The notes: a model not told the origin generated them from the letters alone. A DNA stretch of 64,000 nucleotides from Candidatus Omnitrophota bacterium (GCA_035352955.1 DAOPYQ010000009.1:8088-72087), one strand, 5' to 3'; counted from the stretch's first letter, positions 27,299 to 37,178 are shown. Numbers and translations: made by a program.

Positions 27299-27366
27299 AT
27301 AGAATAGCCAAAGCCTATTTTAGGGTCAAGCTTTATTTAAAACTTCAGGCGTCTGGGTCTGTTCCT

Positions 27367-28446
27367 CTATTTTTTTGATTTTACAGGTTGGATCTTGGAA
27401 AGCTGAAGCCCGAGCTCCCGGGAATCGGCCGCAACCTCAAGCGCCGCCTCATAACCGATGATCCCCTGGGCGTAAAGTTGCTTGAGACAGTCGTCGAGCA
27501 TGATCATACCGTACCGTGATCCGGTCTGAAGTTCGGAGAGGATCTGATAAGTCTTTCCTTCCCGGATCAGGTTCCGGATGGCCGGAGTGGCGAACATGAT
27601 CTCGAACGCCGCGACGCGTCCTTTGCCGTCCAGCCTCGGAATCAACACCTGGGAGATGACCGCCACGATCGTTGCGGCAAGCTGAACGCGAACCATCGGC
27701 TGCTGCTCCGACGGAAACACGTCGATGATGCGGTCCACCGTACGCGCGGCGCCGGTCGTGTGCAGGGTCGAGAAGACCAAATGCCCCGTTTCGGCGGCGC
27801 GAATAGCGGATTCCATGGTCTGGAGGTCGCGCATTTCCCCGATCAAAATAACGTCGGGGTCCTGGCGAAGGGATTTGATGATAGCCTCGGCAAAGCTCGG
27901 CACATCCTCGCCCACTTCGCGCTGGGTGACCACCGATTTTTTGTGAGTGTGGACAAACTCGATGGGGTCTTCCGCGGTAATGATATGGCGCGGAAAATTT
28001 TCATTTATGTAATTGAGCATGGTCGCAAGGCTGGTCGTTTTACCGGAACCCGTCGGTCCCGTCACCAGCACGAGCCCCCGAGGCAAGTTTAGAACTTCGA
28101 TGAGCTGTGACGGGAGTCCGATGTCCTGAAAATTATAAAAATGAGATGGCAGAAGGCGCAGCACGATCGCGTAATGCCCCTGCTGCTTATAGCAGGAAAC
28201 GCGGAAACGTGCCTTATCCTTGAAAGAAAAGCCGAAATCGATACCCCCGTTCTCTTCGATCTTCTTTCGCTGGGCCTCGGAAGTGATCTCTCTCGAGAGC
28301 GATTCCGTGTCTTGGGGCGTAAGCGGCTTCTCCCCGACAGATACCAGATCTCCCACCATGCGGTAGGTGACCGGTCTTCCAACGGTCAAATGGATATCCG
28401 AAGCTTCTTTCTGGATCGCGCCGAGCAGGATCTCTTCAATCGCCAT
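27367..28446 (-). CDS. pilT: Type IV pilus retraction (twitching motility) ATPase PilT
   Basis: Start set at MAIEEILLGAIQKEASDIHL (PilT-like N-terminus, GGTG RBS). Walker A GPTGSGKTT. Asp box. Walker B and His box as in the PilT/GspE family. Confidence 0.85.
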   Translation of the reverse strand: MAIEEILLGAIQKEASDIHLTVGRPVTYRMVGDLVSVGEKPLTPQDTESLSREITSEAQRKKIEENGGIDFGFSFKDKARFRVSCYKQQGHYAIVLRLLPSHFYNFQDIGLPSQLIEVLNLPRGLVLVTGPTGSGKTTSLATMLNYINENFPRHIITAEDPIEFVHTHKKSVVTQREVGEDVPSFAEAIIKSLRQDPDVILIGEMRDLQTMESAIRAAETGHLVFSTLHTTGAARTVDRIIDVFPSEQQPMVRVQLAATIVAVISQVLIPRLDGKGRVAAFEIMFATPAIRNLIREGKTYQILSELQTGSRYGMIMLDDCLKQLYAQGIIGYEAALEVAADSRELGLQLSKIQPVKSKK

Positions 28447-28628
28447 GAACGCACCTCGTTGGATGGATTTCCCGCCGCAAAGCACGGGCGGGGCCAATGA
28501 CACAAAAACCGTTTGTTAGCACTGTCCTTTATTTAATTTTATGGATCGACAGCCTCACGCCGCCAATCCCTAAAAATCAATTGATCGGCGGCACTAAGTA
28601 TGTTTCGACTTCACCTTGAAAAACCTTA

Positions 28629-29141
28629 TTAAAAAACCCGGGCGGCGATGGCCCACAGGGCAAGCGAGACAAAAGACGCTAGAAGACAGATCACGGGCCA
28701 TCCCCGGACCGACGCCGGCACTTTTGAAAAAAACAGCCGGTACCGCAAACCGAGAAGTGCCGCCTGGAAACCGCCGATCCCGGCCACAATAACAAAAACC
28801 TCGCCAAGCCCCTGACGAAGGTCGGCGGAGTGCTGGGACACCAAAAACGCGAGGAGCGCCGCCGTCAGAAAGAAAATATCTGTTTTCCCCTGATAGCGCG
28901 AAAGGACGTAGCCGAAAACCCCGAAGAATAATATGCCGTTTTCGCGGGCCAGCGGCCGGGTCGCGTCAAACGCAAGCGCCAGGGCATAAAGCGCGAGAAG
29001 GATCCCGGCCGTCAGAAATCGGTCCAACGCTTCGCGCCAGACGCCAAAAAAGTCCGGCCGGTGCCGGGCCAGAAGAGCGCTCTTCTGGCCGCGGATCGCG
29101 AGCAAAAACCCGAACACCGTGATCATTGAAAATGTCGTCAT
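28629..29141 (-). CDS. Hypothetical polytopic membrane protein (about 5 TM)
   Basis: Hydrophobic 170 aa product. ATGA overlap with the upstream membrane-protein gene. Last gene of the co-directional rnfC-rnfD string. No RnfA/E/G signature. Confidence 0.5.
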   Translation of the reverse strand: MTTFSMITVFGFLLAIRGQKSALLARHRPDFFGVWREALDRFLTAGILLALYALALAFDATRPLARENGILFFGVFGYVLSRYQGKTDIFFLTAALLAFLVSQHSADLRQGLGEVFVIVAGIGGFQAALLGLRYRLFFSKVPASVRGWPVICLLASFVSLALWAIAARVF

Positions 29142-29662
29142 AGCGCCTTAAAAGGTTGATTCTTCCATGCGACCGCCGCAATCGTCAGAAGAAGAAAGAT
29201 TCCGGCCGGCTGGGCAAAAACGGCGGCGCCCAACGCCCCGCAGAAAAAAACCCTCCCGAGATCCATCGCGAGGACAAAACACAGAAATCCTGCGCCGCTT
29301 AAAAACCTGTCCCAAAAATACCGCGGGACAAGCCGCGAGAAGACCCTGACCCGCGCGGCTTTGTTTTGCGCTTCCAAAAAAGAAACGGGCATCAGAAAAA
29401 AAACGCTGACGATCCAGAAGGGCGGTAACTTTGCGAGCGTCCAGGCGGCTTGTGCCCATGCGAGGAGCCACAGAAAGAACGCGGGCCGAAGAAGTCTTTC
29501 GGGGAACAATCGCCGGGTGAACCAGAAAAAAAAGACCGTGATCCATAAAAACAAAACAGCCCACGCCGCTTCCGCCGCCATTCGCGTGAGGTCAAACGGG
29601 CACACCATAAAAGGCAGGTACGCCAGAAGGATCCTTGAAAAATAACTTTCCGGAAGTTTCAT
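29138..29662 (-). CDS. Hypothetical polytopic membrane protein
   Basis: Start taken at MKLPESYFS. Trp/Phe-rich TM segments. No recognisable Rnf-subunit motifs. Confidence 0.5.
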   Translation of the reverse strand: MKLPESYFSRILLAYLPFMVCPFDLTRMAAEAAWAVLFLWITVFFFWFTRRLFPERLLRPAFFLWLLAWAQAAWTLAKLPPFWIVSVFFLMPVSFLEAQNKAARVRVFSRLVPRYFWDRFLSGAGFLCFVLAMDLGRVFFCGALGAAVFAQPAGIFLLLTIAAVAWKNQPFKAL

Positions 29663-29773
29663 AGGCCTCTTAGCGGCTCCACTCGCGCGCGACGTAAAGC
29701 AGCGCAACCAATGCAAAAAGAAACAGGACGAAGAATAAATATTTTAAAGTAGCGATAAGCGCTTGTTTGACAT

Positions 29774-30628
29774 TCATGAGGAATGGCCTCTTTTAGGCTC
29801 TCGCGAACGGCAGCCGGCCGGCCGGATCCAGAGATCGAGCCATGGGATAAGGAGGTTCATCAAGAGGATCGAAAAAGCGGCGGCGCTTGCCGAAAACCCT
29901 CCGGGAGCCAGAAGCGCGCTCAAAATAGCCGCGCCCGCCGCGAACCAGCGCGTTCCTCTTCTTGTGAGCGGCGTCGCGACGGGATCCGAAAAAAAGAAAG
30001 CGGCGATCAAAAGAACTCCGTTCCAGAAAGCAACGGTCCCTTCATACTGTCCCGCAGCGACCGCGCAAACAACGGCGATCGCAATGAAAATAAAGGGCAC
30101 TTCCCGATAGCCCTGGTTTTGCTTCAGATGGATCACTCCGCTCAGGATCAGGGCCCCAAAGATCGGCCACGCTCCGGTGGCGTCGAGAACCAGCGGTTCG
30201 GTCATCGCTGATGGAAAACTCACCTGAAGAAAAACCCGCGCGAGCAGGACCGGGTGAAAAAGATAAGACCCGGACCCTCCGAAAAACTCCCGGCCGGCAA
30301 CGATCGCGAAAAAATTCCCGAGAACGATCAGCTCCGCGGGACACGCCCGCGGCGCCAGAAGCGCAAACAAGACCGCGATCAAAACCGTTTCGCCGGTGCG
30401 AAGTTTTTCTTTTTTAAAGAAAATTTTCGCCGCAAGGAATTCGAACGCCACTGCGCTGACAAGGCTTAAGAGCAGGACGTGAAGAAGTTCCGCTTTGCCC
30501 GCCAAAGGCGCGGCAACAAAAACCGGTAACGCCGCAACGATCTGCCTCCAGCCTCGCCGGGCAACGGAATCGCTCCCGAAGATGTGCGGCGGAAGGGTCG
30601 TGACAAGCGACGCCGCGACCTCAACCAT
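29774..30628 (-). CDS. rnfD: RnfD/NqrB-family membrane subunit (short form)
   Basis: Start at MVEVAASLVTTLPPHIF (compare RnfD SSPYTH). LLAPRACPAELIVLGNFFAIVAGREFFGGSGSYLFHPVLLARVF and C-terminal FFFSDPVATPLTRRGTRWFAAGAAILSALLAP...ILLMNLLIPWLDLWIRP match the RnfD/NqrB signature regions. About 70 aa shorter than E. coli RsxD. Confidence 0.75.
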   Translation of the reverse strand: MVEVAASLVTTLPPHIFGSDSVARRGWRQIVAALPVFVAAPLAGKAELLHVLLLSLVSAVAFEFLAAKIFFKKEKLRTGETVLIAVLFALLAPRACPAELIVLGNFFAIVAGREFFGGSGSYLFHPVLLARVFLQVSFPSAMTEPLVLDATGAWPIFGALILSGVIHLKQNQGYREVPFIFIAIAVVCAVAAGQYEGTVAFWNGVLLIAAFFFSDPVATPLTRRGTRWFAAGAAILSALLAPGGFSASAAAFSILLMNLLIPWLDLWIRPAGCRSREPKRGHSS

Positions 30629-31910
30629 GAAACACCGCCTCGCGGAAGGATTTTGCCGCATGGATAAGGGCAAGCATCGGACGTTTCGACGGACACACAT
30701 AAGCGCAATTTCCGCACTCTATACAACGGGAGGCGCCCCACGCTTGGGCGATCTCATATTCTTTCTGCTCTGCGGCCAGCGTGATCATAGCCGGAGAAAC
30801 CGCGACGGGACATGTATCCACACACCGTTTGCAACGGAGGCAGGGCTCCGGCACTTCTTCTTTGGCGATCTCCTTGGGGAGCGCGAGGATCGCCGCCGTG
30901 CCCGCCGTCACCGGCACCGCGAGATCGCTTTGCGCCGTGCCCGCCATCGGCCCGCCCAAAATCACTTTTCGCGGCTCGCGCATCACGCCTTTGCAGGTCT
31001 GGATCGCGTCCTGGAACGAGATCCCCAAAGGCAGCCAGAGGCTCCGCGGCTCAACCACGCATTCCCCTCCCACCGTCACGACCCTTTCATAAAAAGGTTT
31101 TTGGTGCGCCACCGCTTCGTACACCGCAAACGCCGTCGACGCCGGGAAAATAACGGCCTCGTCCTTTTTTTCTCCGAACCATTCTTCGAGAAGCAAGCTC
31201 TCAAGCCCCTGGGGATAGCGCGCGGGGACGCTCCGGACCTCGGCGTAATCCCATTTCAGAAAGTAGATCTTGCTCTTGAGGAGTTCGATCACTTCGGAAT
31301 TGCACTCTTCGACCGCGAAAACGATCCGCGCCGCGCAGGCGGCTTTTTTAAGAAGCTCCGCGCCGCGAAGGATCTCCACCGGGTGGGATTGGGTCAGGAT
31401 CTGCTCACAGGTGATGTAAGGCTCGGGCTCGCAAACGTTCACGACAATCGTCCGGACGCCGGAATGTCGCCGGAGTTTCGCATGGACCGGTTCCATGGCG
31501 GCATCCGTAGTCACAAGCCCCGCCTGGCGGAAGATCTCCGGAAGTTCCGCGGCAGGGATTTGCTCCCACCCTTTGCGGGTCTCCGTGAAATTCGCGGGCG
31601 CCGGACGCGGCTCACCTTGCCTGCGGATCTCCACCGTCAGGGAACTCCCTCCGGACGCGTCGGAGACGCGCTCGATCTTCCCGATCACTCCCGGCATGCT
31701 CGCGTGCACCGCTACGCCGTCGGTCGTTTGGGATGCCGCGATCTTCATTCCGGTCTGAACGGACTCATGTTCCGCAACGCACGGCAAAGATCCCGAAGGG
31801 ATCACCACGCGAACCTTGGCGGGCGAAAGGGGCCGTTTGAGATTCCAGTTCAAAAGGCTCGCGTCTTTTTTTCTTTCGAGACGGAGACCGGTGGATTTTC
31901 GCAGAGACAA
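30621..31910 (-). CDS. rnfC: RnfC-family electron transport complex subunit (NADH-binding, 2x[4Fe-4S])
   Basis: N-terminal RnfC barrel-sandwich region. Nucleotide-binding region. Two ferredoxin-type clusters CLRCKRCVDTCP and CIECGNCAYVCP. Confidence 0.8.
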   Translation of the reverse strand: MSLRKSTGLRLERKKDASLLNWNLKRPLSPAKVRVVIPSGSLPCVAEHESVQTGMKIAASQTTDGVAVHASMPGVIGKIERVSDASGGSSLTVEIRRQGEPRPAPANFTETRKGWEQIPAAELPEIFRQAGLVTTDAAMEPVHAKLRRHSGVRTIVVNVCEPEPYITCEQILTQSHPVEILRGAELLKKAACAARIVFAVEECNSEVIELLKSKIYFLKWDYAEVRSVPARYPQGLESLLLEEWFGEKKDEAVIFPASTAFAVYEAVAHQKPFYERVVTVGGECVVEPRSLWLPLGISFQDAIQTCKGVMREPRKVILGGPMAGTAQSDLAVPVTAGTAAILALPKEIAKEEVPEPCLRCKRCVDTCPVAVSPAMITLAAEQKEYEIAQAWGASRCIECGNCAYVCPSKRPMLALIHAAKSFREAVFHG

Positions 31911-31927
31911 AGGTCGCCTCTTTCGTG

Positions 31928-32665
31928 TTATTTTTTGGAGATGGCGCCGGCAAGGCCGCCCAGGAGCTTGTCGACCTGGATCCGCTCCTGAAAAACCTCT
32001 TTGAGCTGGCCGAACTGGCAGCTGTCCATGTTCAGGTCCTCGACTTCCGGCAGACTCCCGAGAATCGGCACGCCCGAAAGATCGTGGATCACTTTCGGAT
32101 TGGTCAGCTCCGCCATGGAATAATTCGTGGTGGAAACGCGGTTGAAAATAATGCCGCGGATCTCGAGCCCCCGGATCACCGCCGCGTCCACAGTTAGAAG
32201 CGTGTGGTTGATGGCGCCAAGCCCCGCATAGGAAACGATCACCATGGGAAGCCCCATGTCGCGGATCAGGTTTGCAACATAATAATCCTTTTTAAGCGGC
32301 ACCATGAGCCCGCCCACGCCCTCCACGATCATAAAATCGTAATGCTTCTGAAGCTCGCGGTAACTCCGGAGGATCTTCTGGACATCGATTTCTTTTTTCT
32401 CGAGCATCGCGGCAACGTTCGGAGAAAGCGGATTGCGGTAGCGGGTAGGACTCGTCAGCGGCGCGTACTGGTTCTGGGCAGCCTCAAAAAGGAAAACGGC
32501 GTCCTGAGAAATCAGTCTTTCGTCCGGCCCATAGCATCCGGTCGCCACAGGCTTCATCACGCCCACCTTCAGACCGCGGTCCCTCAGCGTCAGGGCGAGG
32601 CCGGCGGAGATCACGGTCTTTCCGACTTCCGTGTCCGTTCCTGTGATAAAGATCCCGGCGTTCAT
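31928..32665 (-). CDS. bioD: Dethiobiotin synthetase
   Basis: FITGTDTEVGKTVISAGLA P-loop and the BioD fold. ATGA overlap with bioA. Confidence 0.85.
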   Translation of the reverse strand: MNAGIFITGTDTEVGKTVISAGLALTLRDRGLKVGVMKPVATGCYGPDERLISQDAVFLFEAAQNQYAPLTSPTRYRNPLSPNVAAMLEKKEIDVQKILRSYRELQKHYDFMIVEGVGGLMVPLKKDYYVANLIRDMGLPMVIVSYAGLGAINHTLLTVDAAVIRGLEIRGIIFNRVSTTNYSMAELTNPKVIHDLSGVPILGSLPEVEDLNMDSCQFGQLKEVFQERIQVDKLLGGLAGAISKK

Positions 32666-34020
32666 TTGTTTTGCTCCGTTACTTCTTTGATTGACTCATA
32701 CGTCACATCCAACAGTTCGTTCAACTGCCGCTCCGTCATCGCGAGCGGCGGCATCAACACGATCACCGGCCCCAGCGGACGCAGGATCGCGCCCTTTTGA
32801 CGGGCCTGCTCGATCACTCGCGCGCCGATTTTTTCTTCCGCTTTAAAATTTTCCTTGGTCGTTTTATCGCGAACGATTTCGATCCCGATCATCGTCCCTT
32901 GCTGGCGAATGTCGCCCACGCACCGGAGCGCGTAAAATTCTGCGAGCCGCTTTTTCAAGAGAGCGACCTTGGGCTGCAACATTTCGATCGTCCGGGCTTT
33001 CCCGAAAAGATCCAGCGTCGCGATCGCGGCCGCGCACGCGAGCGGATTCGCCGTATACGTGTGCCCGTGGAAAAAGGCCTTAAAGTCCTCGTAGCGACCG
33101 AGGAACGCGCTGTAAACCTCTTCTGTTGTTATGGTTACGGCGAGCGGAAGATAACCTCCGGTCAGGCCTTTGGCGACCGCCATGAGATCCGGAACAACGC
33201 CCTCGTGCTCCGCCGCAAACATCTTTCCGGTGCGCCCGAACCCCGTCGCGACTTCATCAAAGATCAGAAGCGTATTATACTTTTTCGTGAGTTCCCTCGC
33301 ACGGGAAATATAACCTTGCGGCTGATCGATCATTCCCGCCGCCCCCTGCATAAGCGGCTCCATAACAAAAGCCGCGAGCTCTTCGTGGTGTTCGCGCAGG
33401 ATCTTTTCCATCGCGGCAAGCGATTCCTTTTTAACCCGCTCCGGATCATCGCCAGTGCTCCATCGATAACGGTACGGCGACGGGATCTCGATCGTTCCGA
33501 ATAAAAGTGGCTTGTAGATCTGGTGAAAAAGATCGATCCCGCCGAGGCTGACTGAGCCGATCGTATCGCCGTGATATGCGTTCGTCAGCTTCGCGAACTT
33601 TTGTTTTCTGTTCTGCCCGCGCTGCTGCCAGTATTGGTAGGCCATCTTGAGCGCGATCTCCATCGCCTCCGACCCGGAGTCGGAGTAAAAAACACGCGAG
33701 AGTCCCTTCGGCGCGATCGCGATCAATTTTTCGGCCAGCTCGATCGCCCGCGGATGCGTAAGGCCAAGGAACGTTGTGTGCGCGATCTTCCCCAGCTGCT
33801 TCCGGATCGCCGCATCGATCTCTTTGACGCGATGCCCGAAAACGTTGCACCAAAGCGACGACACGCCGTCGAGATACCTCCGGCCTTCTGTGTCGATCAG
33901 GTAACACCCGTCCCCTTTTTCGATAACGGGGAAATCCTCGGTCTGCCAGCCCTGCATTTGCGTGAAGGGATGCCAGATATATTTTCTGTCTTTTTCAACA
34001 AGTTCGCGGTGGTTCATCAT
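32662..34020 (-). CDS. bioA: Adenosylmethionine-8-amino-7-oxononanoate aminotransferase
   Basis: Class III aminotransferase. LIFDEVATGFGRTGKMFAAEHEGVVPDLMAVAKGLTGG contains the PLP lysine region. BioA-like N-terminus YIWHPFTQM. Confidence 0.9.
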   Translation of the reverse strand: MMNHRELVEKDRKYIWHPFTQMQGWQTEDFPVIEKGDGCYLIDTEGRRYLDGVSSLWCNVFGHRVKEIDAAIRKQLGKIAHTTFLGLTHPRAIELAEKLIAIAPKGLSRVFYSDSGSEAMEIALKMAYQYWQQRGQNRKQKFAKLTNAYHGDTIGSVSLGGIDLFHQIYKPLLFGTIEIPSPYRYRWSTGDDPERVKKESLAAMEKILREHHEELAAFVMEPLMQGAAGMIDQPQGYISRARELTKKYNTLLIFDEVATGFGRTGKMFAAEHEGVVPDLMAVAKGLTGGYLPLAVTITTEEVYSAFLGRYEDFKAFFHGHTYTANPLACAAAIATLDLFGKARTIEMLQPKVALLKKRLAEFYALRCVGDIRQQGTMIGIEIVRDKTTKENFKAEEKIGARVIEQARQKGAILRPLGPVIVLMPPLAMTERQLNELLDVTYESIKEVTEQNK

Positions 34021-34430
34021 GGTTTCTCCGCTTTTTTATTATCCCTGGCTTCTACAAGTTTCCCGATGAAATAATATTGCAAACTTCCCGCCAGGCCTAA
34101 AACAACATAGGGTAAGAGCCAGTTCGCCGCGATACCGCTTACAGAAGCTTTCATCACGCTCATTAAAAATCCGAGAAAAACGAGCAAAAGCGAAGCCGGA
34201 AAATCCGCGAGCATGAATAACGCCCACGCCAGAGAGCCCTCCGGCAGGGCTTGGATCGGGAAATACAAACAGAGCGCAAAAGCGCTAATCACGCCCGCGT
34301 GCGCCAAAGAAAGTGTCAAACCCAGATCTTTAAGATTTCTTCGATGACTTCGAATGAGCCACAGAACACTTGCCGTCATGATAACGCCTGGAAGGATCAC
34401 CACCGCGTTCTCTCCTGCCGCTACGGTCAA
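34017..34430 (-). CDS. Small 4-TM membrane protein (possible GtrA/ArnE-like lipid-linked sugar translocase; family uncertain)
   Basis: 137 aa, hydrophobic. Sandwiched with ATGA overlaps between the methyltransferase/GT2 genes and bioA. The flippase role is inferred from context only. Confidence 0.45.
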   Translation of the reverse strand: MTVAAGENAVVILPGVIMTASVLWLIRSHRRNLKDLGLTLSLAHAGVISAFALCLYFPIQALPEGSLAWALFMLADFPASLLLVFLGFLMSVMKASVSGIAANWLLPYVVLGLAGSLQYYFIGKLVEARDNKKAEKP

Positions 34431-35074
34431 AACCTGACGTGGACGGTAAAATCGTAAAGCTCATAATCATGGATCAACGACACCCTCCGGGACAAATTTC
34501 TTTTACAAAAATCAAAAATGGCCGCCGGCTGCGGGTAAAAAAGCTCTTGTCTCATGCGCTCCGGGTCCGAATAGGCCGTCAACATATTGAACGCCATGCC
34601 TTTAACGCTCACCTTGGCCATGCAGAGCAGCACCGCTTTCACATAATCGTCCCATTGGGAAACCGGCGTCTCTTGTTTGACATTAAAAATGCCGCTCGCC
34701 ACCGTATAATCGGCTTTCTTGAGGCTTTGTTCGCAAGACGTGAAACGGCAGCCCGGCCGTCCGGCATAAAGAGCCTTCGCTTTCGCAATAGCCTTTTTTA
34801 AAATGTCGAAGCCGCAATACCGGACCCGGTAACGACGTTCCTTTAAATACCGGACCAGCGCTCCGCACCCACAGCCATACTCGTTAAGGGAGAAAGAACG
34901 TTCCTTGCCGACGATCCCGAGCAGCTGATCAAAACGTATTTCCTGCGCTTTTTCGGAGTTCCATCCCGCCCCTTCCGGGGTCGGTCCGAACTGCCGCAGT
35001 TTGTCTTCGTAGAAGCGGCGCGTCCGGGCCTCAAGCTTACTATATTTTTTCATTCGTTTTTCCGCTCCGGTCAT
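34427..35074 (-). CDS. Class I SAM-dependent methyltransferase
   Basis: Motif I LNEYGCGCGAL and a downstream acidic-residue loop. 215 aa. Confidence 0.7.
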   Translation of the reverse strand: MTGAEKRMKKYSKLEARTRRFYEDKLRQFGPTPEGAGWNSEKAQEIRFDQLLGIVGKERSFSLNEYGCGCGALVRYLKERRYRVRYCGFDILKKAIAKAKALYAGRPGCRFTSCEQSLKKADYTVASGIFNVKQETPVSQWDDYVKAVLLCMAKVSVKGMAFNMLTAYSDPERMRQELFYPQPAAIFDFCKRNLSRRVSLIHDYELYDFTVHVRF

Positions 35075-35981
35075 AAACGGCCCGGACGGTCGTCAGGGGC
35101 CGGTCCTTCACTTCCACGAACAGCCTCGATAAATAGATCCCCAGGATCCCCAGGCAAAGCAGCATGAGCCCTCCGATCATCCAGATCGAGATCGTCAATG
35201 AAGCCCACCCTTCCAGGTAAATGCCGTATAGGAACTGCCGAGAAAAAAGATAGCTCGCGGCCACAAACGCGGTGCCAAAAACAAAGCATCCCAAATAAAA
35301 AATAAAAATCAGGGGCTTGTTTGAAAAACTGGTGATCGCGGTCACTGCCATGGAAACGCGCTTTGCCAAACTATAGTCGGTCCTCTTCTTCCATGTTTTG
35401 TCGACGGGATAAGGGACCTGGTGAAACCCGGTGATCGCGCACACGCCGTCAAAATAAAGCTCCTTATCGCGATACTCCAGCAAGGCGTTCACATACCGCC
35501 GGGTTAAAAGACGGGCCATGGTCGAGTTCCTCGGAATGTCATACGCCGTTATTTTGCTGAACAGCGCATAGAACAGACCGCCCAGCATCCCGCGAACAAT
35601 CCCGCCTTTCCGGTCCTGCTGAAGGCCGTAGACCGCGTCCGCTTTGGTTTTTTCGAGGTGCTCAAGCATCCCCTTCAGGATCTCCGGAGCTTCCTCAAGA
35701 TCGCTATCGAGCAAAAACACGAGCTTCCCCGAGGAAAAACCGAGCCCCGTCATCACCGCTTTGTGCTGTCCAAAGTTTCGCGACAGGTCGACGACCTTGA
35801 CCCTCGGATCCTTCGCATGCTCCTCGAGAATGATCTCCAGGGAATCGTCGGGCGAACCATCATTGACGTAGATCACTTCAAAATCCGCCGTTACAGACGC
35901 GGCCGCGAGAACCGCCCGGCGGTGAAATTCCCTGAGGTGGGAGGCCGAATTATAGAGCGTCGTAACGATCGAAAGTTCCAT
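35040..35981 (-). CDS. Family 2 glycosyltransferase, polyprenol-phosphate sugar transferase type (ArnC/GtrB/DPM1-like) with C-terminal TM anchors
   Basis: LSIVTTLYNSASHL...VIYVNDGSPDDS...DSDL...(DxD) GT-A signature. Two C-terminal TM helices, as in ArnC/GtrB. Confidence 0.8.
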   Translation of the reverse strand: MELSIVTTLYNSASHLREFHRRAVLAAASVTADFEVIYVNDGSPDDSLEIILEEHAKDPRVKVVDLSRNFGQHKAVMTGLGFSSGKLVFLLDSDLEEAPEILKGMLEHLEKTKADAVYGLQQDRKGGIVRGMLGGLFYALFSKITAYDIPRNSTMARLLTRRYVNALLEYRDKELYFDGVCAITGFHQVPYPVDKTWKKRTDYSLAKRVSMAVTAITSFSNKPLIFIFYLGCFVFGTAFVAASYLFSRQFLYGIYLEGWASLTISIWMIGGLMLLCLGILGIYLSRLFVEVKDRPLTTVRAVYDRSGKTNEKI

Positions 35982-36041
35982 GTCGGAAACCTTTCCTGAA
36001 AAAGTTATGCTCCCGGGGCCGGGAAGTTCTCTCCAAAATGT

Positions 36042-37178
36042 TCAAGGGTGCTTTTCTAAAATCTCCGTCGCGTGCTGAACAACCTTCCGGACCTCTTTTT
36101 TCATGCCGATCCAGAACGGCAACCGGACCAGACGGGAGCTGAGATCGTCCGTGACCGGCAGATCGCCGTGCGCGCGGCCGAACTTCCGACCTGCCGGCGA
36201 AGAGTGGAGCGGGACATAGTGAAAGACACTGTGCATGCCCCTTCTGAACAATTCTTCTATGAAGTAAGTCCTCTGCGCGAGACTTTTCAGCAAAAGATAA
36301 TACATATGGCCGCCATGTTGGCATTCCTCCGGAACAACAGGCCTCCTGATCCCTTCTTTTTCCAAAGGCAGGAAGCCGCGGTGATAGCCGTCCCAGATCT
36401 CCAGCCGCCGCTTTTTGATCGGTTCCACTTCCTGCATTTGAGCCCACAGAAAAGCCGCCGTGATCTCTCCCGGCAAAAAGGAAGACCCGAGGTCCACCCA
36501 CGTGTATTTATCGACCTGTCCCCGGAAGAATTTTGTCCGGTTCGTCCCTTTTTCGCGGAGGATCTCGGCGCGTTCGATAAAACGCTCTTCGTTGATCAAA
36601 AGCGCGCCGCCTTCTCCCGAAATAATATTCTTCGTTTCGTGAAAACTGAGGGCGGCCAGATGTCCGAGGCTTCCCAGGGGTTTCCCTTTATAGGAACACG
36701 AGACGCCCTGCGCCGCGTCTTCGATGACGAAGAGCCGGTGACGCCGCGCGATCTCAAGGATCGGATCCATTGCGCAGGAAATTCCCCCGTAGTGCACGGC
36801 TACGATCGCTTTGGTCTTTCCCGTGATCGCCGCTTCGATCCTGCTCTCGTCGATGTTCATCGTGTCAGGACGGATATCCACAAAAACGGGAATGCCTCCG
36901 CGCAACACAAAGGCGTTTGCCGTCGAAACAAACGTGTAGGACGGCATAATCACCTCATCTCCCGGACGGATGTCCGCCAGGATAGCCGCCATTTCCAGCG
37001 CCGCGGTGCCGGAGTGCGTCAAAAGAGCTTTCCGGCAATGGAGGTTCTTTTCAAGCCACTGTTGGCAACGCCTCGTGAAATCCCCGTCCCCCGCCAGGCA
37101 AAGGTTCCTGTGCGCTTCCGCGATATAGCCAAGCTCCTTGCCCGTCATGTACGGCCGGTTAAAAGGGATCTCGCGCAT
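36042..37178 (-). CDS. DegT/DnrJ/EryC1/StrS-family sugar aminotransferase (WecE/ArnB-like)
   Basis: MREIPFNRPYMTGKELGYIAEAHRN...GDGDFTRRCQQWLE aligns with the WecE/ArnB N-terminus (MIPFNAP...GDGGFTRRCQQWLE). The PLP-lysine region is present. The alternative start at 37208 would give an ATGA overlap with the upstream gene. Confidence 0.85.
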   Translation of the reverse strand: MREIPFNRPYMTGKELGYIAEAHRNLCLAGDGDFTRRCQQWLEKNLHCRKALLTHSGTAALEMAAILADIRPGDEVIMPSYTFVSTANAFVLRGGIPVFVDIRPDTMNIDESRIEAAITGKTKAIVAVHYGGISCAMDPILEIARRHRLFVIEDAAQGVSCSYKGKPLGSLGHLAALSFHETKNIISGEGGALLINEERFIERAEILREKGTNRTKFFRGQVDKYTWVDLGSSFLPGEITAAFLWAQMQEVEPIKKRRLEIWDGYHRGFLPLEKEGIRRPVVPEECQHGGHMYYLLLKSLAQRTYFIEELFRRGMHSVFHYVPLHSSPAGRKFGRAHGDLPVTDDLSSRLVRLPFWIGMKKEVRKVVQHATEILEKHP

